From contig NC_135895.1 of NCBI RefSeq assembly GCF_964194155.1, positions 89,528,001 through 89,592,000 on the forward strand: DNA of 64,000 nucleotides, read 5' to 3'. Made by a program: the position numbers and the translations under genes. Shown one piece after another: positions 24,850 to 36,762 of the stretch. Within the stretch, counting starts at the first letter, position 1. Every line of letters begins with the position of its first letter. The notes beneath the pieces were generated by a model that saw nothing but the letters and a program-made list of their open reading frames with translations, had not been told where the DNA came from and made no database searches. The stretch comes from Cetorhinus maximus. Lineage: Eukaryota.

Positions 24850-25850
24850 CGTGCATGACGGTATAATAAATCTTTAAAGGTATATTTTTAAAGACTACAT
24901 TTTAAAATAAATAAAACTGGAACTTAAGATAACTCATCAGAACTATCACAGTTTTTTGGATTAAACCATCTCATCTCTCAAGAGGGCAACGATACCTTTT
25001 CTGATATTGACTCACTGTGGTTTATGCCAAGAGACAAATGAAACTCCATTGACACCTTCATTATAAAAATGCAAATTTGCCTCGTCACATCTAAAGTTTT
25101 GGCCACCTAAAATCCACAGACCGTTAATTAAATTACCACAATCCCTTATTTGGGACCATGACATGACACTGATGAGAGGTCACATGATATAGCAGCCATC
25201 TTGGCTCCCTGTTACAGATATAGCAGAGAATTGAAACTGCTTTTCAGAGACATCTTCAGAGACGCAGACAGAATTCCATCAGAAAGAGAGAGAGAGAGAG
25301 AGAGAGGGGAACCGACAGGCAAAGTCATCGACTGCTGCACTAGTTAAGCAGCAAAGTAACTAGCTACAATATGTTGAAAGAGAAACTAAGTCTCCCTCTC
25401 TCCTCTAACTTGTTCCATCTTCAAGCCTATCTGTGAGAACAACTTGTGGGCAGGTCAAATCTAGGAGCCATCACCACTGCTGCGAAATCAATGCATTTTC
25501 AAGGCCTTCACATCAGCTAAAGTAACAACTTGACTACGAAACATCAGGCCTGCACCAAAATAGAGAATTAGTTAAATTCCATTTTTATTATTACCGTTTT
25601 ACTTTCAACTGTATCTAGTTTTTATGTGTGCATTAGCATGGGTGAGTTGTATGAGTGACATTTTCATTAAGCTCTGGGGCAAATGTGTGAGAAATAAACT
25701 AACATTCGTCATTCTAAAAATACAAAAGCTTGCTGCTGCGTTATTTAAATTGATTAAATCACTCCAAGGATAAGAAAATGCACACATCCACATACAAATA
25801 TATTTGATAATGGGCAATAAAAAGTTAACACCTTAAAATTGTCCATGGCA
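24850..25850 (+). mobile_element. LTR-like remnant containing an (AG)n tract
   Basis: Organisation resembles 53790-56302 and 37200-38030 (e.g. GGCCTGCAC..AATAGAG, TGTG.GA.AATAAA). Termini not resolved. Confidence 0.35.
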
Positions 25851-25959
25851 ATAGGCAAAAAAAAAAGTTTACACAACAGACAGCCTGCCAAGACCAAATA
25901 TCAGATAAAACAGTTTAACAGCTCTAAGAGCGTGGATAGATCAAATGAGATGGTGCATC

Positions 25960-26345
25960 ATCAAATGAACTGTGTGCTGTCAGCATACATTGGAAGCTGA
26001 GCCTTTGTATGTGCATTGTGTTGCTCAGATGCCAGAATGTAGATGAGGAAGAGAAGGAAGATGGGGAGGTTGGGAGGGGGGGTATGGTGGTTAGAACACA
26101 AAGGTGGGTCATTGGAAAACTCCAGAGGTGACTGTGCCTGTGTGCCAGTAGGAAGAGAAGCCTCTGTTGGAGATGTTTTGCGTACAATCAGAGAGGTCTG
26201 AGTGGAATCAGGTCAGACCAGTCCCGCTAGCTGGGAAATGAAGGAGAGGCATTGGAACAGGATGCTGTGGCCAGAAGCTGGCAGTGCTAATAACTGAGAT
26301 CGGTCAAGAAGGTCCGAGGGATAACATATCACGCTTACAGTCACA
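25960..26345 (-). mobile_element. L2-type LINE endonuclease/linker fragment
   Basis: GGTCTGAGTGGAATCAGG, GGAGAGGCATTGGAACAGGATG and GAGATCGGTCAAGAAGG are typical reverse-strand L2 segments; similar to 50580-50790. Confidence 0.5.
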
Positions 26346-27035
26346 TTGTTGTAAAACATGCATTTCATGTGTCTGTCAACTTAAAAGGTTTTCAATTACT
26401 TTAAGCAATGAATTTGTAGTTACCACAGTTCTGTGGGCAAATGTGACAGATGTACTGCATCAGCACCGCCCTATTGAAGCTTTTCGCAATCTGATTTTAT
26501 GGGCTGGACTTTCTCCTTTGACATGAAAATCGCGAGTCAGGACATTCCTGAAGTCACAATCCCACTTCCTGCTTGGCAGCACCAGTCTACAATATTTATG
26601 TGGCAGGATGGTGGGGATGGGCTGGAGTCAGGGCCTCACCTCTTGAGGCAGGCCCTCGGGTGGATGCCGAGGCTGGCAGGTTAGAAGGACCACCTCCACT
26701 CACTGGGGCAATGGCCCAGTTCAGTATATGAGTGTTAGGCACCCTAGCTCTCAGCCATCACCCACTGTCCATTCTCCTCCATATCCAGCATGCCCCCTCC
26801 ATACACCTTCACCCAGTATCCATTATGGGAAGGACTCTGTGAACCCTATCGTAACATTGGGAAGTCTTTGAGATGTTCATGAAACTATCAAAATAAACAA
26901 ACAGCCATTCAAAAATTTCTTCAAAAACATAATCCTTTTACGGGCTCATAAAACTATCAAAACAAAGCAAAGTTCACAGTCCCCTTAACAGCTGTACGAA
27001 TAACCCCCTGCTAAACTGAATCCATTAGAGAGATT

Positions 27036-27470
27036 TAGAGTTCAACCGAGCATTCATAATCAAGAATCCATTGCACGGTTGTGTCAACAAAATATCCAGA
27101 GCTGAGTACATTAAAACTAAGAATCACACTAACAAACAATTTAAAATTATCAGTTGGGCTTACAAGGCGGCACACATATGCTTGCTTGAAACTACATATA
27201 TTTATAAACAGGGCCTTGTCCTCTGCAAGCAGAAAGAACATGTCCCGCCATTGTGGCTTTTCTGAATTAAACAAAGGCATGGAGCACAATAGTTTCTTGG
27301 TGCATTTTCCATAGCAATGGCTTGACCAATCAAACTTGAGTTGCCAATCAATCAGCACCCTTTGCTCATGCAGTATAAATTGTTGCTCCCTTTAAAATTT
27401 GGTATTCTTGTGTCTGTCCTGATGAGTGTAAGATGAAAAGATTTGGCGGCATGTCTCTTTCTTCAGCAGT
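27036..27470 (+). mobile_element. Penelope-like 3' fragment with hammerhead motif (27414-27449)
   Basis: Collinear with 19400-19800; contains CTGTC-CTGATGA-GTGTAAGAT-GAAA. Confidence 0.85.
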
Positions 27471-27840
27471 GCATTGAAACCTTTGAAGTAGTAGAACAGA
27501 TGATCAACTGTTCCATTGTTTCAAATGCTGAATAGATGCCTACTTTGTCAATCAGTCAGCCATCCATTCAGCTATTAAAAGGCTCATGAGATAGATGAAA
27601 AATGGATGCATGTAAGGCTCAACAGGTAGGTCAAAACAAATGGTCAAATTGACAATCTAAAATCAAATCTCATACTACTGAATGCACAAAAGCACTTTAT
27701 TCACTGGAGAAAGTACTCAAATGCACCTGAATACTTTCACAATACTGGTCAGTTTATTGATCATTACCTTTTAAGAACAACATCCTATCATCAATTTATT
27801 TTATTAAAACACACTTGAATTCTCATACAGCATCTAATTA

Positions 27841-29070
27841 GGGGAAGGCGGTGCAATAGTGGTATTGTCGCTGGATTAGTAATTGAGAGACCCAGGGTAA
27901 TGCTCTGGGATCCCAGTTTTGAATCTTACCACGACAAATGGTGAAATTTGAATTCAATAAAAATCTGGAATTAAAAGTCCAATGATGACCATATTTTTTG
28001 TAAAAAACCCCATCTGGTTCACGAATGTTCTTTAGGGAAAGAAATCTGGCATCCTTACCTGGTCTGGCCCACATGCAGCTCCAGACCCACAGCAACGTGG
28101 TTGACTCTTAACTGCCCTCTGAAATGGCCTGGCAAGCCACTCAGTTGCATCAATCCGCCAAAAACTCTAAAAGGCATCAACGTAGGCACCAGAAATGACA
28201 ATAGCAAACTCAGCCCTGTCGACCATGCAAATTCCTCCTTACTAACATCTGGGGGCTCATGCCAAAATTGGGAGAACTGTCTCACAGACTAGTCAAGCAA
28301 CAGCCTGTCATAGTCATACTCATGGAAACATACCTCACAGAATTGCCCCAGACACGCCATCACTATCCAGCAGAAGTGGCAGCACAGTGGTATACAGTCA
28401 GAAGAGAGTTGCCCTGGGAGTCCTCAACATCGACTCCTGACCCCATGAAATCTCATGACATCAGGTCAAACATGGCAAGGAATTCTCCCGCTGATTACCA
28501 CGTACTGCAGCCCCCCACAACCACCCCTCAACTAATGAATCAGAACTCCTCCATGTTGAACACCACTTGGAGGAAGCACTAAGAGTGGCAAGGGCGCACA
28601 ACGTACTCCGGGTTGGAGACTTCAACGTCCATCACCAAGAGTGGTTTGGTAGCACCACTACTTACCAAGCTGACTGAGTCCTAAAGGACATAGCTGCTAG
28701 ACTGGGTTTGCGGCAGATAATGAGGGAACAAACAAGAGGGAAAAACGTACTTGAACTCATCTTCACCAACCAGCCTGTCACGGATACAGCTGTCCACGGC
28801 AGTATCGGTAGGAGTGACCACCGCATAGTCCTTGTGGAGACAAAGTCCCATCTTCACATTAAGGATGTCCTCCATCTATCATGTTGTGTGGCACTCAGTA
28901 CCACCATGCTAAATGGGATAGATTTTGAACAGATTTAGCAACTCAAGACTGGGCAACCATAAGGCACTGTGAGCCATCAGCAGCAGAAGAACTGTACTCA
29001 ATCACAACCTGTAATCCCATAGCCCAACATATCCCACGCTCTACCATTACCACAAAGCCAGGGGACCAAC
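27841..29070 (+). mobile_element. LINE 5' portion: tRNA/SINE-like head directly followed by an APE endonuclease ORF (decayed)
   Basis: A-box-like GGTGCAATAGTGG and B-box-like GTTTTGAATC, then NIWGLMPKLGELSHRLVKQQPVIVILMETYL...GDFNVHHQEWFGS...QTRGKNVLELIFTN...IGRSDHRIV. Confidence 0.85.
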
Positions 29071-29759
29071 TACTACAGGTGAGAAAAAAACTGAAGCATC
29101 TAGTCATGCAGTTTCAATAGAGCTCTTTGTTGACATTTCCCCAAGGGCTATTAATATATCATCATGTATACTTGGCTAAGTTTCAAAAGCTACAACTGCC
29201 TCAGCAAGGGGTTCTGAGTTCATAGTTTGATTGGTAGTTTAAAGAGTCTATGAATGGATTAGCTGTCTTTGATATGGGTCTACACAGAAGTTTGTTTTTA
29301 TAAGAGATGAACCACTGGAAGGGATTTAAAAACTTTGAATGGGCTTTATGGGTGCAAGTTATTTTTCACTATCAAGTGTATACAAAAGAGAGCTGTATTA
29401 GATTGTTCAAAGTTCATTCTTTACATCCCCGCATGGCTCCTGAGGTCTGCTAATGGTGGATACTGGATGAGTGGTTATGGACATGGCATGAAGGATATGA
29501 GGGGCCATGGGGCTGGGTGAGGACCTAATGACTTCTAAAATAACTGGGATGAAATCCCAGAGAACAGAGACGGGCCTTCTAACCAGCGCACTTTGGAACT
29601 TGACCGTCCCCATGGATGCCTATACTCTGCTTCTGGGGTTGGTGAACCTGACTATATCCTGCGCCCACCCTCCCTGGAGTGAATGTCGCACGTTTTGGGG
29701 TACTTTTTAACCAAGGTTGGTTAAAAAGTACCAACCTGGGTAGCCAAAATCCGTCCCAT

Positions 29760-31720
29760 ATTCGTTTTTCTGTTTCTGTATCAATTTCTTGGCTCTGCTT
29801 TGCTAAATTCTAAAATCATTCCAATCCTCAAGTTTACCACTCTTTTTTGGCAACATTATAAGTCTCATCCTGTGATCTAATGCTATCTTTAATTCATTTT
29901 GTTAGACACAGTTGGAGCATTTTTGCTGTAGGGCTTTTGTGCCTTAAAGAAATGATTATTTGTTCCAAATCATGCATTAATTAGAATCGTAGAAAGTTTA
30001 CAGCACAGAAAGAGGCCACTTGGCCCATCTTGTCTGTGCCAGCCAAAAAGCAAGCCACCCAGCCTAATCCCACTTTCCAGCATTTGATCCATAGCCCTGC
30101 AGGTTATGGCACTTGAGGCGCATATCCAGACGCCTTTTAAATGTGTTGAGGTTCCTGCCTCTACTACCCTTTAAGACAGTAAGTTCCAGACCCCCACAAC
30201 CCTCTGGGCGAAAAAAAAAACATTCTCATCTCCACTCTAATCTTTTTATCAATCGTTTTAAAGCGATGCCCCCCAGTCACTGACCTCTCTGCTAAGATAA
30301 GTAGGTCCTTACTATCCATTCTATCCAGGCCCCTCACAGTTTTGTACATCTCAATCAGTTCTCCCCTCAGCCTCCTCTGTTCCAAGGAGAACCCCAGTCC
30401 ACCCAATCTTTCCTCATAGTGCACTTTTCCAGTCTTGGCAACATCCTCATAAATCTCCTTTGTACCCTCTCTAGTGCAATTACATCTTTTCTGTAATGAG
30501 GTGACCAGAACTGCACACAGTACTTAAATTGTGGCCTAATGAAAAATACAGTTTCCAGCATAATCTCCTGCTCTTATATTCTGTGCCTCAGCTAATAAAG
30601 GAAAGGATTCCATATGCCTTCTTAACCACCTTATTGACCTGTCCTGCTACCTTCAGCTGTGGGCTTTCACTCCAAGGTCCCTAACTTCCTCTACATCTCT
30701 CAGTATTGTCCCATTAATTGTGTTCCTTTGCCTTGTTCTTTAAATGCCGGCCATTGCATGCCCACATTCATATCTTTAAATCTAATTTCCCAATCTAACT
30801 CAGCCAACTTGCCCCTCACACCTACGTAGTTTGCTTTGTTTAGATTTAAGACTCTAGTTTCAGACTTAACTAAGTCACTTTCAAATTTAAAATAAAATTT
30901 TACCATATAATGGTTACTCTTCCCTAGAGGCCCGTTTACTACAATTTAATTCACCTTCTCATTGCACAATACTAGATCCAAAACAACCTGTTTCCTATTT
31001 GGCTCATTCACATACTGATCAAGAAACCATCTTGCATACTTTCCATGAATTCGTCCTCCATATTATTACAAATTTGTTTTGACCAGTCCATATGAAAATT
31101 AAAGTCCCCCATGATAACTGTATTACCCTTACTACATGCATCTCTGATTTCATGATTTAGACTCTGTCCTACAGCTACTATTAGGGGGCCTATAAGCAAC
31201 TCACACCAACATTTTCTGTCCTTTGCTGTTTCTTAGCTCCACCTAAACTGATTCTACATCTTGATTTGTTGAGCTAAGATCCTTAATTTATTTCACTATT
31301 TATTATCAGGGATAGTCCTCCTACCTTTTCATTTTGCTTGTATCTTCTAAAAGAGTTAAGAATCCTGGACTATTTAGTTCTCAACATTGGTCAGTTTGCA
31401 GCCACACCTCCGTAACGACTATACAACCAAACCTATATATTTCTATCTGCACTATTAATTAATCTAATTTGTTGCAAATGGTTTGCAAAGATATTGTGCC
31501 TTTAAGTTTGACGGTTTTCTAATTTTCCCTGACATTGCCTTAGTCATTGATGCCTTATTGGCTTTGTACTCTCACTCTGCTTATTTTTATCCAAAATGCT
31601 GCTGTGCTCTGGCGCCTTGATATTTCCCTTGCTGCTTTTGAATTTACCCTTCCCTGATCCTCCCACCATCCCCTTTATTAGTTTAATGCCCTGTCTATTG
31701 CCCTAGTTATTCTACTCAAA
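29760..31720 (-). mobile_element. CR1 (ORF2 endonuclease region) interrupted by a second CR1
   Basis: VGVAYRPPNS...MGDFNFHMDW...LNLNKANYVGVR..LA..DW. The host frame rejoins as WPAFKE|LMHDLEQ across the insert. Confidence 0.85.
29983..30735 (-). mobile_element. CR1 3' end nested in the older CR1
   Basis: IRPQFKYCVQFWSPHYRKDVIALERVQRRF..., FSLEQRRLRGELIEMYK, and the 3' tail at 29983. Confidence 0.9.
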
Positions 31721-32663
31721 CTTGGGTTGAAAGGAGGTATGAAAATCTCAAATTAAGGTTTATATTTCTTCATTAATTTGTTTTAATCTGAATTAGTAAG
31801 TTTAACAATTTTGATAACCATCCATATATGACACAGCCCCAAAAACAAGCCTGCCTGTCTACCTACCCCAGGTCTGAAAAGGTTTCCAAATTCCTACCCC
31901 CTTGTATCAGCAGAGACACCTCCATTAAGTAATTTTGTAGGGGCAAAAGTAGCAGAAAATTAACATGAGCATGCTAAGAGGTTTCAGGCTCATGTATTTC
32001 AAGAGAAGGGAAAAATAATCAATCAAACTGCCTGAATTGTCACTATACGGTAGAACCCTGTCATAATTTGGAAATTAATGACGAGCACCCAAAGAGCCTT
32101 CCAGCCCTGAATGATTACATAATTATACAGTAAACAGATTGGTAAATGCATTTGGGGAAGTTTTATTTTTAAAAAATACTAAATGGAAAAATAGCGTTAT
32201 GACTGATTATATCAGGCTGTATAACGATTGATTCATTAGTTAAAGACCCAAAAGATAAAAGTATAAGAATCACTTTTATTTTTGGTCTCAAAAATGTCCA
32301 AATATTTCTATATAGGAGTATAACTAATTCTTTGTTGAAAAGTCTTAACCTTTTTACTGGCAGAAAATTACGTCAACGCAAATTCAAAAAATGATTTACA
32401 ACCTTCTATTTCATAAAGTATGATTTACATGAAAAATGCACTACTGGCTCCTTTTAAACATCAAGTGTTGCTGGTGTCATCTGATTGTTTTATAGTGAAT
32501 ATAACATTTTCACGGCTTTAATAGATCACTTGAAAACACAATGTATGTGCAGCTTTCTTCTACGGTATCCAACTGCTATTATATCGTACAAAAGATGCCA
32601 TGACAGAATTTAACTGCATAATTATTATAAAATACATTCACTTTTAGTGGCAATTAGAGCACA

Positions 32664-34023
32664 TGTCATGAAGATGTGCTTTGTGGCAAATGATTTTTAA
32701 TTCACTGGCTGGTACCATGAATTGTACTTTTAAAAACAGACTCATTTTAAAACACAGGCTAAAATGATGAACTCTCAGCCAAGGTGACTATATAATTTGC
32801 ATCACTGTACATTCCACTGAGATGGAGATAGCATGTCTGCAAAAGCCAAATACAATGACCTCAGGGGAATGTGAATGAACCATATTTCCTATTCCAACAT
32901 ACGGCCAACGTGTCGCAATCCAGCCCGGACTTACTGTTCAAAATACAGGTACGGGCAAGTGAAAGACTTGTAAGGAGATGCTACTCCAATCACAGGCCGT
33001 TTCTCTCCCACCAATGAGCCTATCAGCAGGAAATGTGGGTGCGTAACAGTCTGTGATTGGAGGAACAGTGTGAAGGTGAGTGGCCATGTTGCATTCTCTC
33101 TTTCACCTTCTGCACAGGCGCCGGCTCCCTAAAGAAGCACAGGGATCAAGATAGAGGAGCAGTCGGGGAGACCACGAGGAATAGCAGTCACAGCAATAGC
33201 GCCCTCCCGCCACCCACATCCCCCCTCCATCCAGGACAGCTGGAGTATCCGACAGGGCTGAGCAAGGAAGTGTGTTGTGGCACCTTCAAAGCCATCCCAA
33301 ATTCCTCCTCAGTGGCAAAATATCCAAGGGGATGGGGAGAGAGAGAGAAAGAGAGAGAATGGAGTGTATGAAAGTGAGTGAGTGAGTGACTTTTAGATTC
33401 TAGGAAAGGTAACTTTCAAAAGAAAGTTAAAAACATGGGTTTAAAGGTGAAAGGGGAAAAATGTATTTACTGAAAGATTGAAGACTGAATGGAGGTGTGT
33501 GACTACGTGATTTTGAAGATTGTGCTCTGTGAGCACAGTCCCGTGAAGGAAGCAACTTCTAACCACTCCAGAGAAATGTCTGATTGGTCCAGAAAGCCAT
33601 GTTTTGTTACAAGCCTTGGATTTCCATTGTCGAGTGAGAAGGAAAGAGAAGCTTGTGAAATACCTCCCTTATTGCAACTGTAGGTTGTGGTAATATTACT
33701 GGATATTTTATAGATTAAGAATCTATAGGGACTGTTGCTTGGAAAAGGGTGTTTATTTGTGAGTCCAGCTAAATAGAAATCTTTTGGGAAATGTTTCCAG
33801 GCTAAATTTAACTATGTAACTGTAATCTTGTATGTTTAAGTTTTCTTTTGCTAATAAATATTTTAATTTAATATTTAAAATCTCCAAAAGTGGTCGTGGA
33901 CCTGACTTCAGTACACATACCTTCTTGTAATAAAACACAAATTGCAAATCGTTATGATAGCTTGACCAAGTTTCCCTTTGGGATTTGGCAAGCCTGACAA
34001 TTACCACCTGCCATATCATAACA
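32664..34023 (+). mobile_element. Probable LTR (3' half secure, 5' boundary tentative), ending next to the gap
   Basis: The 3' end ...TTTCCCTTTGGGATTTGG...CTGCCATATCATAACA and the AATAAA region match the solo LTR at 47175-48091. TGTCATGAA at 32664 is a candidate start. Confidence 0.6.
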
Positions 34024-34024
34024 T

Positions 34025-34160
34025 NNNNNNNNNNNNNNNNNNNNNNNNNNNNNNNNNNNNNNNNNNNNNNNNNNNNNNNNNNNNNNNNNNNNNNNNNNNN
34101 NNNNNNNNNNNNNNNNNNNNNNNNNNNNNNNNNNNNNNNNNNNNNNNNNNNNNNNNNNNN
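34025..34160. other. Assembly gap (N run)
   Basis: Run of N. Confidence 1.
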
Positions 34161-34692
34161 AGTGAATGACAGTGTGAGTGCGTGTGCATGCGTGAGTCCA
34201 CGTATATGTGTGTTAGTGAGAGTCTGTGTGTGTATTTGTGTGTGTGTTTGGGTGAGAGAATGTGTGTGTGAGAGAGAGTGTCTGAGTGCATGCATGTGTG
34301 TGTGAGTGAGTCTGTGTGGGAGTGTGCACGTGTGTGAGTATATGGGAGTGTGTGTGTGTGAGAGAGAAAGAGAGAGTCTGTGTGAATGTGTGAGAGTGAG
34401 AGTGTGCGGGCGGAATTTTGCCTGTATTGCATTAAGTGCAGTGGCGGGCATGAAAAATGATGATTTTCCTGCTGGCCGCAATGGCAGGTTTTTGTGCCGT
34501 AACATCCGCTTCCCAGCACGTCCCATCTTATTAATAATGCATGAATGGGAAACACATCGGAACGCTGGAGGGCGGCCTTGGATTTTCCCGCCATGCTGTC
34601 ACCTCAGTGCTTCCACACTCTGGGCGCCACATTTAAAGGCCACCAGAGCAGCCTACTTCATGCCTAGAGACCAGGACTGCTCCAGGTGACAG

Positions 34693-35308
34693 ATGGCACC
34701 AAAAGCCAGGAAGATGCCAGCACCCAAATGTGGTGACACCTCACTGGAGTGCTTTTTGGACACTGTTGAGGCCTGCCACAATGTCCAGTACCCCCGCTGT
34801 GGCCAGAGGAGGTATACCAGAGTCGCCAACTTGGCCTGGGAGGCGGTGCAGTGGCGGTCAGTGCCAATGGAACACAGAGGAAGTCAGCCATCCAGTGCAG
34901 GCAGAGGGTCATTGATCTCATCTGTTCCACCAAGGTAAGTTAACCACCTCATTACTTTCAACACACACACTCACAAACCCATCTCATGCCTCAAGGGACA
35001 ATATCACTAACTCTCTCACACACACCCACATCTCCATCAGGCTCATATCCTCTGAAGCTCGTGTCCTCAACCTGTCCATGGCTCTGCTCACCACACAAAC
35101 ATTCCACACATCCTTATCATCTGCCGTGGCATGCGCCTGCTCACACTCTCTCCATCTGTTTGCATGCAGGAGAAGTTGGCCCACAACAGGAGGGAGAGGT
35201 CCCAGGCCTGGGGTGGAGTGGCCGATATTAGGCCACTTACTCACTTTGAGGAGCGTGCCATCGTGCTAGCTGGTGAGGGCGTGGACCATAACTTTGGCGA
35301 TGGTGAGG
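34693..35308 (+). pseudogene. Harbinger Myb/SANT-like gene, exons 34693-34934 and 35170-35308, frameshifted and truncated
   Basis: MAPKARKMPAPKCGDTSLECFLDTVEA...AWEAV; donor AAG|GTAAGT at 34935; acceptor TGCAG at 35169; then EKLAHNRRERSQ. Confidence 0.85.
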
Positions 35309-35645
35309 TGTCACAAGAGTATAATAATTCTCAGAATATTATGATTTATTGTAAAAGTAGGTTAATAGTGGGATTTGGATAGTTTCTGTGTATGTGTGTG
35401 TGGGGGGGGATTTGATTGAATTGGAGACTGCTGGTCTGGAGACTTCGACTCATCAAATGAAGCTAGGTTTGAAATGCTAAGTACATAAACATGGCTGAAA
35501 TCTTAGAATGTGAGGTGAGAAGAATTTGCATTTTTAGATAAATCAGGGTAGTTTGAATTTCAAAGAGATGATAGGATGTTACACCTAGCCAGAGAAGCTG
35601 GGCCAAGCAGAGTGTTTATTTTTCCAAAGGTAACTGATAATGGAC
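35309..35645 (+). mobile_element. 5' part of an LTR (family of 47175-48091) inside the Harbinger
   Basis: Starts TGTCAC and shares TTTGAAATGCTAA...AAACATGG...AATTTGCATTTT.AGATAA and TGTTTATTTT.CCAAAGGTA.CTGAT with 47175-47510. Confidence 0.8.
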
Positions 35646-36728
35646 CGTAACCTCTGATTGGCGTTGGAAAGTGATGGCCAGCAGAAATTAGAAGAAATAA
35701 ATACCTACTTACCTGACCTTGAAAATAATGTTGACATTTCCGTTCACCGGAGCTGCTTGGGGCCTGCATCGAAAGACTCTTTGCAAGCCCCAGCGAAGTC
35801 AAGATGCAGTATATTCAAGGAGGCCATGCCCCCTTTCTTATGGCACTAGAGACGGTGCGAGCCCATGGCAAAGTCCCTGGGAGATGGCGCAAGCCCCCAT
35901 GGCAAAGTCCCTGGGAGACGACTGCTTCGCTGTGGGGCCATGTACTTGAGGATCAACCCAGAATGCGATGCATGTATTCCCCCAGAGTCCGGTAGCTGTA
36001 GGCATCTTCTTCTCCTTGGATGTCCGCAATCTGAGCAAAGTCCTAAAGGTAAATCCCGACTTCTGCACGTTATGCTTGTCCAGACATGTTCTGGACTGCT
36101 GTGTTTCCCCATCGGCACAAAGGTAAATTGGGGGGACAATTCCAGTCAGGCTTTACTTTGTATCCCATTAGCAAAATGCAAATTGGTTTCACGTTGGCCT
36201 CCAGCAGGATGCACAATCTACTATGGCAGAAACCATAGATGACCCTGGATTTCACGCTGGCGTGAAACCAATTTTTGTCCCTCCCGCCGAATTTCCTCCT
36301 CCTCCGCAACAGCTGGGGAAAATCCTGACTCGCGTGTGAGTCTATGTGTGAGAGTGTGGGAGTCTGTGTGTGTATGAGTGAGTATGTGTGTGTGTGAGTG
36401 AGCGTGTGTGTGTACGTTCATGTGGGAGTGTGTGTGTGGGAGTGTGTGTCTGTGTGAGTGTGCGTGTGCATGCGAGCGAGTGAGAGTCTGTGTGTATGTG
36501 CACGAGTGAGAGTCAGTGAGAGTGAGTGTCAGAGTGAGTTAGGTGAGTTTGTGTGTGTATGTATGCGTGAGAGAGAGAGGTGAGTCTGTGCGTGTGAGAG
36601 AGTGTGAGATGTGTATGTGTGCACGTGTGCGCGAGTCTGCGAGAGTGTGAATCTGTGCGAGTCTGAGTCCATTTGAGTGTACACAACTCTTTGTAAGATA
36701 AAGATTCCTGCGACTGGGAATGAGCTGG

Positions 36729-36730
<2 letters not shown>

Positions 36731-36760
<30 letters not shown>
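36731..36760 (+). repeat. (AC)n microsatellite, ~15 units
   Basis: Seen directly. Confidence 0.95.

Positions 36761-36762
<2 letters not shown>

Larger units (their letters stand above)
26501..29757. mobile_element. Harbinger-type non-autonomous element hosting nested insertions
   Basis: Ends are GGGCTGGACTTT and AAAATCCGTCCC. Internal blocks (ATGTATACTTGGCT, GGCATGA..GGGGC.ATGG) are shared with 40550-41769. Confidence 0.7.
34408..36330. mobile_element. Internally deleted Harbinger related to 9845-14931
   Basis: Left end GGGCGGAATTTT is collinear with 9845 onward; right end AAAATCCTGACT; flanks TGC/CGC. Confidence 0.85.
34161..36680. repeat. Degenerate (TG/AG)n low-complexity tract split by a Harbinger insertion
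   Basis: TG/AG-rich tracts at 34161-34407 and 36331-36680. Confidence 0.9.

Noticed and set aside
27841-27935. tRNA gene
   Set aside because: Only degenerate A/B boxes with no cloverleaf; it is a retroelement head.
33753-34689. His/Thr-rich and Val/Cys-rich ORFs (also 36221-36941)
   Set aside because: Translations of TG/CA microsatellite and the N gap.
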